DNA of 63,884 nt from Planctomycetota bacterium (GTDB lineage Bacteria > Planctomycetota > Phycisphaerae > UBA1845), in the NCBI GenBank assembly GCA_038043285.1, contig JBBTCJ010000068.1, positions 1 through 63,884 on the forward strand, in the 5' to 3' direction. How positions within the stretch are numbered: position 1 is the first letter of the stretch; every line of letters starts with the position of its first letter. Positions 1-10,089 of the stretch are shown piece by piece. A program made the translations under genes and the position numbers. The notes beneath the pieces are model-generated. The model saw only the letters and a list, made by a program, of their open reading frames with translations, was not told the DNA's origin and did not search any database.

Positions 1-400
1 TTCCGCCCGATCCACGCCGCGCCCCGACCGACGCCTCCATCCCCGCCGGTGGCGACGCGGGCAACCGTCGCTTCTATCGCCCCCTGCATCCGCCGAAAGA
101 GCTGTCCCCCTGGAGCACGATGGCTGCGGGGATCCTGGCCGAAGACGCCGTGGTCCGCGGCCAATCCCAAAGGTCTTCCCACCGTGGACTTTCGCTCGGC
201 ATGGCCTTTCCAATTGTCCGAGCCTCAGGGTATTGGGCGACACTGGCGGTTTGTCCGCCATTGCCGGAGTTCGGACGATGCGTCGCAAGGCCCACCACGG
301 TCCCCCCCAGGACGCCCGCGGCGGCGGGTTGAAAACCGCCCGGGTTCGGGTATGCTTCCCTCATCGGTCCTTGAGGACGGATCACACGCGCACGGAGGCG

Positions 401-1270
401 ATGGTCATGGCACGAGGGAAGCGGGGCCCAGCGCTGTTTGAGTTGTTGGAAGGGGCTGATTTGCCGGAGGTCATCACCCCACGAACCCCCGGCCAACCCG
501 AGCACCGCCGCGGGTTTTGGGCTCGCCTGGCCGAGTCGCGGCTCGGGGCCATGCCGCCTCAGGCGACTTGCCAGACGCAGGAGGATCCGGCGTTTGGAAG
601 CGAACCAACGCCGGCCGGACCGTGGGTCGAACTCGATGCAGACACGTTGCGGGTCCGCCTCACGACGACCCGCGCCGCGATCGTCGTTTTCGCACTCGTG
701 ATGTGCTTCACAGCCGCGTTCGGGTTGGGACGGCGATGGGCCGCGGAGGACTCGTTCAAACGCGGCTTCGCCGCGGGTCGTGACGCGAAGCAGGATGAAG
801 CCGCCGGAGAGATCGCGGAGGCCAAGCAGCAGCCGGCCGCCACCTACCTGGTCAGCGGGCTGGTGAACGCCGGCGAGCGTTCCGCGGGATCGACCGTCCA
901 GCGCCCTGCGGCCAACGAGCCGTCGCGGCGAGTCGACGATCGTCCGGCAGCGCCGGCGGATCTCGGAAAGTGGGTGGAAGGCCACACCTATGTGGTCGCC
1001 CAGGAGTTCGCCGCCGACCGCGCCGCCGACGCCGGGAAGGCCCAGGAGTTCCTGAAGACCAACGGCGTGGAATGCGCCGTGATTCGTAGACCGGACGGCG
1101 GTGCAAGGTTGATCACCGCCCAGGGTTTCAATCGTAAGGATTCCGGGCAGCGCGACGCTGCCGATAAACTGCTGGAAAAAGTCCGCTCGATGGGCGCCAA
1201 GTTTTACGCGTCGGGCGGTGGATACAGGCTTGAAGGGTATTTTCGAACGCGAAAAAGCGACGGCTGGTAG
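401..1270 (+). CDS. Single-pass membrane protein with C-terminal SPOR-like domain (hypothetical)
   Basis: GGAGG RBS before ATG at 401. TM segment AAIVVFALVMCFTAAFGLG. C-terminal YVVAQEF...AQEFLKTNGVE alpha/beta unit resembles SPOR-type domains. Confidence 0.55.
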   Translation: MVMARGKRGPALFELLEGADLPEVITPRTPGQPEHRRGFWARLAESRLGAMPPQATCQTQEDPAFGSEPTPAGPWVELDADTLRVRLTTTRAAIVVFALVMCFTAAFGLGRRWAAEDSFKRGFAAGRDAKQDEAAGEIAEAKQQPAATYLVSGLVNAGERSAGSTVQRPAANEPSRRVDDRPAAPADLGKWVEGHTYVVAQEFAADRAADAGKAQEFLKTNGVECAVIRRPDGGARLITAQGFNRKDSGQRDAADKLLEKVRSMGAKFYASGGGYRLEGYFRTRKSDGW

Positions 1271-1285
1271 AGGGAGCAATTTACG

Positions 1286-1579
1286 ATGTCCACCGACAAG
1301 TCACTCAAATCACGATCCACGCTGGCAAGACACCGCAACGTGCTCTCTCGCGACGAGCGCATTGACGTCATGAAAGACGCCGGAACATGGGACGAAGGCC
1401 GCAGCCCGTTGGGCCTGCCGAAGATCGCCCACCGCAAGGTCGCCGTCGGCAAGAAGGAAAAGGCCGAGAAGGTCGCCGCCGAGGGTGCCGCAGCCGCCGT
1501 AGGCGCCGCCCCCGCTGAGGGGGCTGCCGCCAAGCCGGCCGCCGGGGCCAAACCCGCCGGTGGAAAAACGGCAAAGTAG
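1286..1579 (+). CDS. PVC-superphylum small basic signature protein
   Basis: MSTDKSLKSRSTLARHRNVLSRDERI...W.EGRSPLGLPK matches the Chlamydiae/Verrucomicrobia/Planctomycetes small basic protein. Lys/Ala-rich tail. Confidence 0.9.
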   Translation: MSTDKSLKSRSTLARHRNVLSRDERIDVMKDAGTWDEGRSPLGLPKIAHRKVAVGKKEKAEKVAAEGAAAAVGAAPAEGAAAKPAAGAKPAGGKTAK

Positions 1580-1616
1580 CTTGGCGTTTACATTTCAGAT
1601 AGTCCACGGTTAGGCC

Positions 1617-2921
1617 TTATGGGCTTCCCGGTCGGCAGGCGCGGCACGGTTTTCGTCCCGCCGCGGTCGCCAGTTCCAGCGTGGAGTAACTCACACGGCG
1701 GTCGGCGCTGATCCGCGCCACGTGCGGGCAGTTGCTCCGATGGACGATCGTTGAGCCGATGCTGCCGACGAAATCGCCCGATGCCGCGGATCCCGATGCG
1801 ACATGGGGCGGTGCGGAAGCACCGGCCGGCGTCGGCTGCAACGATGGACTGCCCGCCTCCTTCCACGCCGCAACGATGAGCTGCGCGCCGAGAAGCGCCC
1901 CCGCTTCGATCCGTTCCTCCAGCAGCGGCGCCGTCTGATCCGCCAGCCGCGCCAGGTAGACGTCCGCGGACGCGGCAAAGACATCGACGCTCGAAGCGCC
2001 AAGCTCCGCGAGAACCGCGGCATCCAAGGCCGTTAATTCCTCCGCCGCGCGACGCGAATCGAGCAGGACGCCGAACGCCGTCTCCAGCGGATCTCGAAGC
2101 GGCGCCGCGCGCCCCGGCCAGACTCGCACCTCAAACCCCAGCCGGTCGCGAAGGCGCCGCACCAGCGTTCCGTGAAAGCGATCGGCAAGCCGCCGATCGT
2201 CTCCGGTCACCGCGCTTACTGAGTTTGCGGGGTCGTCGGCGACGCCCTCGGATCGTCTCGGCGCCCTGCCGAGAATCGTCGTGTTAAAGGGCAGCGCGGC
2301 ATCGGTCGCAAGGTGCAGGCAAACTCCTGCCTCCGACGCGATCCGATCCGGATCGCCCTCGCGAAACGCTTGGACCAGCCGGCCATACTGCTCCTGCAAG
2401 GTCCACGGCAACCATCCGCCCGCGTGGCCCGAGTGCTTTTCGTACAACCGTCGTGCGGCGGCTCGGTCGTGGGGAAAACGTTTGGCTGCTTCCTCGCGGG
2501 CGGAGGGAGAGTCCTGTTCCGCGTCAAGGAAATCCAAGATGACAAAATGTCGCTCTGCCTCCGTAGGTGCAGGCCCCGTTTTCGCCGACGGGCACGGCTG
2601 GCCTGCTACGGCGCTCAACCCGTCAAGGCGTTCATCAAAAAACTCCCGCAGCAGTGGCGGCAAGATCGGGACAGTCGCCACCACGGTAAGCTCAAAGACA
2701 TCCGACGCTTCCCCGGTTGGCGGCAACGGTCCGGCGAGGGCGAGAGAAGCTGCCATGACACCGGCGGCAGCGGTCCACCAGGCCGCGTCGAACCGAAGCG
2801 GACGTCGCGCATGGGATGCAAGGCAGCGTTGCCGCGGACACCTCGGCCACGCCGCCGTGGTCGAGGACTCAACCGGAGGCCGGCAACATGGGCTTGGATG
2901 AATTGGAGGCTGCATGGTCAT
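1617..2921 (-). CDS. Secreted S1/P1-nuclease/phospholipase C-like protein (degenerate) with C-terminal Ada-type Zn-finger-like domain
   Basis: GWLPW..YGRLVQAF..D....EAG..HLATDAALPFNTT core. C-terminal FVGS.GS.IVHRSNCPH...A..AGRKPCRACRP. ATG directly abuts the upstream stop. Confidence 0.65.
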   Translation of the reverse strand: MTMQPPIHPSPCCRPPVESSTTAAWPRCPRQRCLASHARRPLRFDAAWWTAAAGVMAASLALAGPLPPTGEASDVFELTVVATVPILPPLLREFFDERLDGLSAVAGQPCPSAKTGPAPTEAERHFVILDFLDAEQDSPSAREEAAKRFPHDRAAARRLYEKHSGHAGGWLPWTLQEQYGRLVQAFREGDPDRIASEAGVCLHLATDAALPFNTTILGRAPRRSEGVADDPANSVSAVTGDDRRLADRFHGTLVRRLRDRLGFEVRVWPGRAAPLRDPLETAFGVLLDSRRAAEELTALDAAVLAELGASSVDVFAASADVYLARLADQTAPLLEERIEAGALLGAQLIVAAWKEAGSPSLQPTPAGASAPPHVASGSAASGDFVGSIGSTIVHRSNCPHVARISADRRVSYSTLELATAAGRKPCRACRPGSP

Positions 2922-3527
2922 TCATGGAACCGCTGCCCCGGTTTCCATGGGAATCCCGGCGCGTCGGAGGATCAAGCCGCGCAGACGAGCCTCCATCGCC
3001 GCGTCTCGACCCAGGTCGATCCAGCGATCGTCTTGCGGCGTGACCCGCGGTTGACCGGTGGTCGAAGGCAGGCTGTCGCCGAAGAACTGGTAGGCGGCGC
3101 CGGTGCTGTTGAACTGGCGGTCCGGAGCGGACAGTCGTTCCTTGTGCACGATCACCGCGAGGGCCGGTAAGGATGTGTCGGTGTCTTCGGCAAGCGAAAC
3201 CTCCACCCACCGGCGGATCGGGTTCAGCGACGACTCGAACGCGTCCCGCGCCGTCGCCACGTCGCTGCGCCAGAACTCGAAGAACTGCGCCGACGTCTCC
3301 GGGAAGCTGGTCATGACCCCGGCACTGCGGTCCAGGCGATCAATCCGGAACAACTGTCGCCGCAACGTCTCCTGAGCCGCAGCCCACATACGGTCGGAGC
3401 TGGCGCCGACCGGCTCGTTGACCAGGGTATCCGGCGTCGGGGAGGTTCTCGGGGCGGCGCATCCCGAAAGGAAGAGCGCGGGCAGTGCAAAGTGAAGTGC
3501 CGATGGTATCCTCATCTGGGGGATCAT
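2922..3527 (-). CDS. Hypothetical lipoprotein
   Basis: Lipobox LFLSGC after a hydrophobic stretch. Conserved-looking WIDLGRD motif. Start uncertain (3527 or 3515). Confidence 0.65.
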   Translation of the reverse strand: MIPQMRIPSALHFALPALFLSGCAAPRTSPTPDTLVNEPVGASSDRMWAAAQETLRRQLFRIDRLDRSAGVMTSFPETSAQFFEFWRSDVATARDAFESSLNPIRRWVEVSLAEDTDTSLPALAVIVHKERLSAPDRQFNSTGAAYQFFGDSLPSTTGQPRVTPQDDRWIDLGRDAAMEARLRGLILRRAGIPMETGAAVP

Positions 3528-3615
3528 AGTACGCGGACGACGTGGGCGGTCAATCAAACGGCAAACCAGTTACGGGCCATTCAGGTGTCGGCCTGATAGG
3601 GCGGCCTCCGACTCC

Positions 3616-3647
3616 GGCACTGGCGAGCAAGCCACCAGTGGCACCCG
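3616..3647. repeat. Palindromic repeat family B (GCACTGGCGGACAAGCCGCCAGTGGCACCCG-like)
   Basis: ggcactggcgagcaagccaccagtggcacccg. Related copies at 8764-8823, 18321-18351 and 53766-53820. Confidence 0.75.
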
Positions 3648-3740
3648 AAATCGCGAAGCTCGGGCAATTGTCGGGTGCCCCATCCTCTCCGCAAGGACAG
3701 GGTGGCGTTGACCGCCAGGGGGACACCGATCTCGCGGTCC

Positions 3741-3766
3741 GGCCGGGGGTGGGACGGCCTCGCTAC
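3741..3766 (-). repeat. GTAG-headed REP-like hairpin
   Basis: Reverse complement gtagcgaggccgtcccacccccggcc. Related element at 56215-56239. Confidence 0.5.
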
Positions 3767-3945
3767 GCTCGGCCGCCCCGCCCCCACCCATCGCTGGTCG
3801 ATGGATGGGGCACCGACGCCGTCGCCGGATTGCTAGGCTGCATCTCTTCCGACGGAAATGTTGCGATCCCGCTTGCCTCTGTCCGATAAGGGCCGTAGAA
3901 TATCGTCGCGCGATGCTGCCCGTATGCGCGCTGGGGCTACGCCGC

Positions 3946-5274
3946 ATGAGCGATTGGCTGGAGGCCGAACAACGCGTCGAGCGGGCTCAACAGCTCTCCG
4001 AGTCGGCTCGCTGGGCGGAAGCCTTGGTCGAACTTGAGGCGGCCATCGCCATCAATCCCAACAACGCCCTGTGGCACGCTCAACGCGGGTTCATCCTCGA
4101 AGAGTTGGATCGAACTGAAGACGCCCTCGCCGCGTATGAAAGCTCCCTTTCGCTGGAGCCTGGAGACCGCGACGTGTTGATGGCCTTCGGCGCGGCGCTG
4201 ACGCGGCAGGGGCGATACGCTCGCGCGTTGTCCGTGTTCGAGGAGGTCGCCCGCCAATCCCCCGACTTTGAACCAGCCTACTGCCTGAGCATCCAGGTCT
4301 ATGCGGAACTAGGGCTGCACGATCGCGCTGAGGAGATGTTTTATCTCGCCCAGGAGTTGGACGATGCCTGCCCCCACTGCTTCTTCCACATGGGGATCTC
4401 GCTGACGGCGCGGGATCTCCCCGATCGAGCCATCTTTTGCTGGAGGCGCGTGCTGGAACTCGATCCGGGATATCTGGGCGTCAACCGGCGCATCGGACAG
4501 GCCTACCGCCGCAAGGGCGACCTGAAGCTCGCGCGGAAGTTCCTGATGCGCGAGTTGCGCGAGGATCCTGGAAACCCCGACCTGCTCTTTGAGTTGGCCG
4601 AGCTGGCCTGGGCATCGGGAAAACGGAACGCCGCCGCCGCGAAGTTCACGCAACTGCTGGAACTCGAGCCTGACCATCGGGAAGCCCGCATCGCCCTTGG
4701 GAGGCTTTGTCTGGAGCGAGGCAAGCCCGAGCGCGCCTTGGCGCTGTTCGAACGCGCTGAGGCCGCGGGATTGTCCGAGCAAGGCCCGGAGCTGGACTGG
4801 CGGATCGGCGAAGCCCTGGCGCAACTGAAACGCTGGGACGAAGCCCGCCGCCGTCTTGAAGCCGCCTCCGCCCGCGACCCGGAGAACGTATCCATCTGGT
4901 TGACGCTCGGATCGGTGCTTCGTGCCTCCGGGCGCACCGCGGACGCGGCCGATTGTTTCCGCAGGGTCTTGGCCAGGGACGCAACCTGCGTCCCTGCGCA
5001 GCGCGAATTGGCCGCATCCCATTTGGCCATGAATCGCCCCGACGCGGCCCTGGTGCATTGTCGACAGTTGCTGGCGTCCGACGCCGACGACCCGATCGCC
5101 CAGTACCTCTCCGCGATCGCGCACATGCTTGCGGGGCGGTGGAGCGAGGCCAAAACCTGCCTGCGGGCATGTGTTCGGATCGATGCTCAAAACGTCGAGG
5201 CGCGGCGACTGTTGGGCCGCCTGTGGAAGCTGCGCCTGCGCCATTTCCTTTCACGAATCCTGTCCCGACGGTAG
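3946..5274 (+). CDS. Tetratricopeptide repeat protein
   Basis: About ten TPR units ([28 protein letters not shown]). Likely start MSDWLEAE. Confidence 0.85.
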   Translation: MSDWLEAEQRVERAQQLSESARWAEALVELEAAIAINPNNALWHAQRGFILEELDRTEDALAAYESSLSLEPGDRDVLMAFGAALTRQGRYARALSVFEEVARQSPDFEPAYCLSIQVYAELGLHDRAEEMFYLAQELDDACPHCFFHMGISLTARDLPDRAIFCWRRVLELDPGYLGVNRRIGQAYRRKGDLKLARKFLMRELREDPGNPDLLFELAELAWASGKRNAAAAKFTQLLELEPDHREARIALGRLCLERGKPERALALFERAEAAGLSEQGPELDWRIGEALAQLKRWDEARRRLEAASARDPENVSIWLTLGSVLRASGRTADAADCFRRVLARDATCVPAQRELAASHLAMNRPDAALVHCRQLLASDADDPIAQYLSAIAHMLAGRWSEAKTCLRACVRIDAQNVEARRLLGRLWKLRLRHFLSRILSRR

Positions 5275-5366
5275 CCCCTTGGGGCCGCGTCGTCCGGCCG
5301 TTCAAGGTCTCGGTTGCGTGTCGCTCCGCGATCTTGTACCGTCGCCGTGGAGATCGGCGCGCCATC

Positions 5367-5927
5367 ATGACCCGCAAGAACGTAGAGAACAATATTCGCT
5401 CGACCACCATCCTTTCGGTGCGCCGCGGAGAACGCGTCGCCCTCGGCGGTGACGGGCAGGTGTCCATCGGGCATACGGCCATCAAGCACGACGCGCGCAA
5501 GATTCGCAGCCTGGCCGAGGGCAAGGTGCTCTGCGGTTTCGCCGGCTCGGCCGCCGACGCCTTCGCCCTGCTGGACCGGTTCGAAGGCAAGCTGGGACAA
5601 TTCCCCGGCAATCTCCGCCGGGCAGCGATCGAATTGGCCAAGGAATGGCGGACCGATCGCGCCCTGCGACGACTCGAATCGCTGCTGGTGGCGGTCTCGG
5701 CTGACGCGACGCTGATGATCGGCGGATCGGGTGACGTCATCGAACCCAGCGACGGGGTCATCGGCATCGGCTCGGGCGGAATGTACGCGACCGCGGCGGC
5801 GAAGGCCCTGCTGAACGCCACCGACCTGCCGCCCGAAGAAGTCGTGGAGCGTTCGCTGCGCATCGCCGCCGACATCTGCGTATATTCCAACGACAAAATC
5901 GTCGTCGAGATGCTGAAGGCCACGTGA
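5367..5927 (+). CDS. hslV: ATP-dependent protease subunit HslV
   Basis: STTILSVRR...GDGQVS...[12 protein letters not shown]...[11 protein letters not shown]...IGSGG...AADICVYSN. Confidence 0.97.
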   Translation: MTRKNVENNIRSTTILSVRRGERVALGGDGQVSIGHTAIKHDARKIRSLAEGKVLCGFAGSAADAFALLDRFEGKLGQFPGNLRRAAIELAKEWRTDRALRRLESLLVAVSADATLMIGGSGDVIEPSDGVIGIGSGGMYATAAAKALLNATDLPPEEVVERSLRIAADICVYSNDKIVVEMLKAT

Positions 5928-5967
5928 CCGCCCGCGCCGGGCGATCCCGATCCGTCCACCAACGCCC

Positions 5968-7296
5968 ATGCAAGACCTGACCCCGCAACAGATCGTCGAG
6001 GAGCTCGACAAGTACATCATCGGGCAGCGCGCCGCCAAGCGCGCTGCGGCGGTGGCCATCCGCAACCGCTGGCGACGAAGGCAACTGCCCGAGGACTTCC
6101 GCTCCGAGGTCGGACCGGCCAACATCATCCTCATCGGACGAACCGGCATCGGAAAAACCGAGATCGCCCGACGGCTCGCCGCCCTGGTCAATGCGCCGTT
6201 CCTGAAGGTTGAAGCCACCAAATACACTGAGGTCGGCTACCACGGACGCGACGTCGAAAGCATGATCCGCGACCTGGTCGAGGCCGCCATCCGCATCGTC
6301 CGCGACGAACAGACCAAGGTCGTTCGCGGGGAAGCGGAGCGATTGGCGGAGGAACGACTCCTCGACGCCCTGATGCCTTCGGGCGGTGACGAACCAACCG
6401 GCGAGGCCGGCGAACGCCGTCAGCGAAGCCGCGAAAAACTCCGCGCCCAATTGGGCGCAGGCGAGCTGGAGGAACGCGTCGTCGAGTTGACCATTGAAAC
6501 GAAGGCGACGCCCGTCGGGGTCATGGCCACCGTGGGCATGGATCAACTCGATCCCGACATGCAGGGTTTCCTGGAGCGGCTCATGCCCCCGCAGCCCAAG
6601 TCCCGTTCGGTGTCGGTTCGCGAGGCCCGACGCATTCTCTTCGAGCAGCAATGCGACAAGCTGATCGACAGGGACAAGGTGATCGAGGTGGCGGTCAAGC
6701 GAACCGAGGAAGGCGGCATCATTTTTCTCGACGAACTCGACAAACTCGCGTCGCCGAACAAGGCCTACGGCCCCGACGTGTCTCGGCAAGGCGTGCAGCG
6801 CGATCTGCTGCCGATCATCGAGGGATGCACGGTGGGCACGCGCTACGGACCGGTGTGCACGGATCACGTCCTGTTCATCGCCGCGGGCGCGTTTCACGAC
6901 AGCAAGCCCAGCGACCTGATGCCCGAGCTTCAGGGCCGACTCCCCCTGCGCGTCGAGCTGGAGGATCTTACCCGCGACGATTTCGTACGCATTCTGAAAG
7001 AACCGCGCAATGCGCTGACCAAGCAGCACGTCGCGCTGCTGGCGACTGAAGGCGTGCTCGTCGAGTTCACCGACGACGGCATCGACGCGCTCGCCGACGC
7101 TGCGTGCCGTTTGAACGAAGCCTCGGACAACATCGGCGCCCGCCGGCTGATGACCGTGGTCGAACGGGTCATGGAGCCGATCGGCTTCGACGCCCCCAAC
7201 CGCCGGGGCGAGACGTTCCGCATCGATGGGCCGTATGTCCGCGAACGGTTGGACGCGATCATCGAGGACGCCGATCTTAGCCGGTTCATTCTATGA
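5968..7296 (+). CDS. hslU: ATP-dependent protease ATPase subunit HslU
   Basis: LTPQQIVEELDKYIIGQ, Walker A GRTGIGKT, KVEATKYTEVGY, DELDK, GVQRDLLPIIEG, C-terminal DLSRFIL. Confidence 0.97.
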   Translation: MQDLTPQQIVEELDKYIIGQRAAKRAAAVAIRNRWRRRQLPEDFRSEVGPANIILIGRTGIGKTEIARRLAALVNAPFLKVEATKYTEVGYHGRDVESMIRDLVEAAIRIVRDEQTKVVRGEAERLAEERLLDALMPSGGDEPTGEAGERRQRSREKLRAQLGAGELEERVVELTIETKATPVGVMATVGMDQLDPDMQGFLERLMPPQPKSRSVSVREARRILFEQQCDKLIDRDKVIEVAVKRTEEGGIIFLDELDKLASPNKAYGPDVSRQGVQRDLLPIIEGCTVGTRYGPVCTDHVLFIAAGAFHDSKPSDLMPELQGRLPLRVELEDLTRDDFVRILKEPRNALTKQHVALLATEGVLVEFTDDGIDALADAACRLNEASDNIGARRLMTVVERVMEPIGFDAPNRRGETFRIDGPYVRERLDAIIEDADLSRFIL

Positions 7297-7529
7297 GGCC
7301 GCAAAACAGAGATACTGCAATTTTATGCCAGTTATTATCGGACGTATTGTGTCGGGCACTCGGACAATGCGAGGCATGTGGCGGCGCCGAGGATTTCTAA
7401 GTTTGGTGCTGGCGAACTCCGATCCTTTGCCGTAGCATCACCCGCCCCGTGAGGGTGGCGGGTATTTCCGGGCGAAGGTCGTCCGGAGCGCAATGCGGGC
7501 TGTGAGTTTGTCGATCGTCGGGAGTCATC

Positions 7530-7727
7530 GTGATCAAGGTTCGTCCACGCGGAAACGAGTCCGTTCAGCAAATGTTGAAGCGCTTCAAGCGCCTTTGTCA
7601 GCGCGAGGGATTGATTCGCGACATGAAGCGGCACGCCTACTACGAGAAGCCCTCCGAGCGTAAGCGCCGGCAGTCGCGCAAGAGCGTCCGCAAGGTGGAC
7701 AAGGAGGTCGTACCCGTCGCCCGGTAG
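7530..7727 (+). CDS. rpsU: 30S ribosomal protein S21
   Basis: GTG start after GGAG. NESVQQMLKRFKR...EG...YYEKPSERKRR. Confidence 0.95.
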   Translation: MIKVRPRGNESVQQMLKRFKRLCQREGLIRDMKRHAYYEKPSERKRRQSRKSVRKVDKEVVPVAR

Positions 7728-7747
7728 GGACTGGAATCAGCAATTGC

Positions 7748-7785
7748 AACCGGACGGTCGATGAGCTATCGGCCTCCGGTTTTTT
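7748..7785 (+). terminator. Rho-independent terminator after rpsU
   Basis: aaccgga-cggtcgat(gagct)atcggcc-tccggtt hairpin followed by a T run. Confidence 0.75.
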
Positions 7786-7877
7786 GTTGCGCGCGTTGGG
7801 TGCGGAGGCGACCATCACGGTCCGTTCCGAATTGGGGTATACTCGCAACGGTTGCGTGGCGCACGGATAATCAAGCA

Positions 7878-8660
7878 ATGAACGATCGTAAAGTGGCATT
7901 GGTGACGGGCGGGTCGCGGGGAATCGGGCGGGCCATCTGCCTCGAAGTTGCCCGCGCGGGTTATGCGGTGCTGGTCAATTTCAACGAGAACCTCGGCGCC
8001 GCGGAGGAGGTCCGTGAGGAGGTGGAAAAGCTCGGCGCGCCGGTGGACATCTGCCAGGCCGATATCGCCACGGCCTCCCATCGCGATCTGCTCGTCGAGT
8101 TCACCATGGAGCGGTTCGGGCGGATCGACCTGCTGGTCAACAGCGCCGGCATCGCCCCGAAGGTCCGCAAGGACGTTCTGGAGACTGACGAGAAGACTTT
8201 CGATCGAATCCTCGACACCAACCTCCGCGCGCCGTATTTCCTCACCCAGCGGGTGGCGCGGCGAATGCTCGAGTTGATCGAGGAAAAGATCATCGGCGGC
8301 GGGGCGATCGTCAACATTTCGTCGCTTCGTTCCTACACCGCCGCCCGCAACTATGGTGAATACTGCATCAGCAAGGCGGGCATGAGCATGGTCACCAAGC
8401 TTTTCGCGGTTCGACTCGCGGAGCACGGCATTAAAGTCTACGAGGTCTGCCCCGGCATTATCGAGACGGACATGACTTCCGGCGATGCGACGAGGGAATA
8501 CTACGACGACAGGCTCTCCAAGGGCATGACGCCGATCAACCGCTGGGGCAAGCCCGAGGAGGTCGGCCGCGCCGTCGGCGCCATCGCCCGCGGCGATTTC
8601 CCGTTCAGCACCGGGGCCGTCTTCCACGTCGACGGCGGGTGGCATCTGAGACATTTGTAG
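7878..8660 (+). CDS. Short-chain dehydrogenase/reductase (3-ketoacyl-ACP reductase-like)
   Basis: TGGSRGIG, NSAG, catalytic S and YCISK, VDGG. Confidence 0.92.
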   Translation: MNDRKVALVTGGSRGIGRAICLEVARAGYAVLVNFNENLGAAEEVREEVEKLGAPVDICQADIATASHRDLLVEFTMERFGRIDLLVNSAGIAPKVRKDVLETDEKTFDRILDTNLRAPYFLTQRVARRMLELIEEKIIGGGAIVNISSLRSYTAARNYGEYCISKAGMSMVTKLFAVRLAEHGIKVYEVCPGIIETDMTSGDATREYYDDRLSKGMTPINRWGKPEEVGRAVGAIARGDFPFSTGAVFHVDGGWHLRHL

Positions 8661-8679
8661 ATTGCCAATTGCCGATTGC
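8660..8679. repeat. GATTGCC heptamer short tandem repeat
   Basis: gattgccaattgccgattgc. The same heptamer occurs at 22495-22525 and, inverted, at 63161-63183. Confidence 0.65.
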
Positions 8680-8763
8680 AGACGCCCGGTGCCACCCGCG
8701 AGGTTTGCACAAAGGCCACCCCGCTCATTCGAAACTTGCGGCCAATCTGGACAAATCGGTCGA

Positions 8764-8823
8764 GCGTTACAGGCGGCTTGTCCGCTCGTGCCAACGCCGG
8801 CAGGAAGCTGCCTGTGGCACCCG
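8764..8823. repeat. Repeat family B doublet between convergent genes
   Basis: Inverted copy gcgttacaggcggcttgtccgctcgtgcc followed by a degenerate direct copy ending gcctgtggcacccg. Confidence 0.65.
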
Positions 8824-8865
8824 CCCGTGATGGTGTTCATCGACAAGCGCGAACTGTGGCTGGTG

Positions 8866-10089
8866 TCATTCGGTCCGCAGCAGCTTTTCGATCGCGGGGA
8901 TCAACTTCTCGCCCAACGGATCGCGCTCCCGGATGATCCCCTCGGCGTCGATCAAATACCACGTAGGTAGGATTTGCGCGTTGTAGAGCGTCGCGACGGG
9001 GTTGTCGCGCCCGGACGGCTCCCACGTTTGAAGCCCCGGCATCTGCTGCTGCTGCACGGTGGCGGCCAACAGCTCGCGCACCTCGTCGAGCGACAGGCCG
9101 ACGACCTCAAACGGCTGATCTTTGAACTTCTTCGCCGCCGCCCGGAGAGTCGGCGTCTCGGTCAGGCAGCTCGCACACCACGTCGCCCAGAAGTCCAACA
9201 GCACCACTTTTCCACGAAGCGATTTGAGTGACACCGTTTTGCCGTCGAGCGTCTTGGTGGTGAAGTCCGGCGCCGCCATGCCGACCTGCAAGTGGTCGAT
9301 CTCGTGGACGTACCCGCGGGCAAGCGCGCCAAGTTCACCGTCCGGATCGAGGTCGACCGCCTCGGAGAAGAACGGCCTGGCCTCCCCGAGTAATCCGGCA
9401 TTGAGCCACACCTGTCCGGCGGCCGCGATCGCACGCAGCTTGACCGGCGGTTTTTTCGCCTGGTCCGCGATGCGCCGCAGTCCGTCGGTCCATTGCTTCG
9501 GCTCGCCGGCCAGCCTGTACACCTCCGGCGCCAGCAGCAGGACTTCCTCGAGATCGGGATCGAACGCATGGTGTTTGACGATGCGATCGAACCGCAGAAA
9601 GAGCTTCGCGGGATCCAGACGATACGCCCCCGACCAGACGAAGGTCTTGCGCGAGATCAATGCGCCATCGGATGCGGCGATCGTCGCGTCGGCCAGCGCG
9701 TCCATCTTCATCAAGACGTCCAGGCGTGGATCGGCCGTGCCGGCTGGACCGTCGGGCGACGTGCGGGGCGCATCGTCCTCCCTAACGCCTCCGCGCTGCG
9801 ATCGCTCCTTCGCCCGCGCCTCCACGGTCTTGACGTGCGTCTCGAACGCGGCCTCCATCTCGTCTTCGAGCTTGGAGAGCTCCTCCTTCGGCCCGGCGGA
9901 CAACTGCGGAGTGAGCGCCAGTACGGTGGACGTCGCAAGAATGACCAGCGGTCCAACACGCCGTAACCGATGCGTCAACGTTGGCCGCTCCCTGACGGTC
10001 GCGGGTCTGATCCGGCTCGGCGCGTTGGGAACAAACGGTAAGGGGGGTTGTTGGCCGCACTCGAAAATCGTGTTCCTCGCTCCGCTCAT
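8866..10089 (-). CDS. TlpA/ResA-family thiol-disulfide oxidoreductase with TPR-like N-terminal part
   Basis: APDFTTKTLDG..VSL..LRGKVVLLDFWATWCASC, LPTWYLIDAEG. Start either 10089 (ATGA overlap with the degP-like stop) or TTG at 9978. Confidence 0.88.
   Translation of the reverse strand: MSGARNTIFECGQQPPLPFVPNAPSRIRPATVRERPTLTHRLRRVGPLVILATSTVLALTPQLSAGPKEELSKLEDEMEAAFETHVKTVEARAKERSQRGGVREDDAPRTSPDGPAGTADPRLDVLMKMDALADATIAASDGALISRKTFVWSGAYRLDPAKLFLRFDRIVKHHAFDPDLEEVLLLAPEVYRLAGEPKQWTDGLRRIADQAKKPPVKLRAIAAAGQVWLNAGLLGEARPFFSEAVDLDPDGELGALARGYVHEIDHLQVGMAAPDFTTKTLDGKTVSLKSLRGKVVLLDFWATWCASCLTETPTLRAAAKKFKDQPFEVVGLSLDEVRELLAATVQQQQMPGLQTWEPSGRDNPVATLYNAQILPTWYLIDAEGIIRERDPLGEKLIPAIEKLLRTE
9985..10068 (-). 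repeat. Repeat family A composite element (degenerate doublet)
   Basis: ccgctccctgacggtcgcgggtctgat plus a flank resembling the reverse complement of 11320-11410. Confidence 0.7.

Noticed and set aside
1-400. Short ORFs at the window start
   Set aside because: No recognisable product or RBS; probably intergenic or the edge of a gene outside the window.
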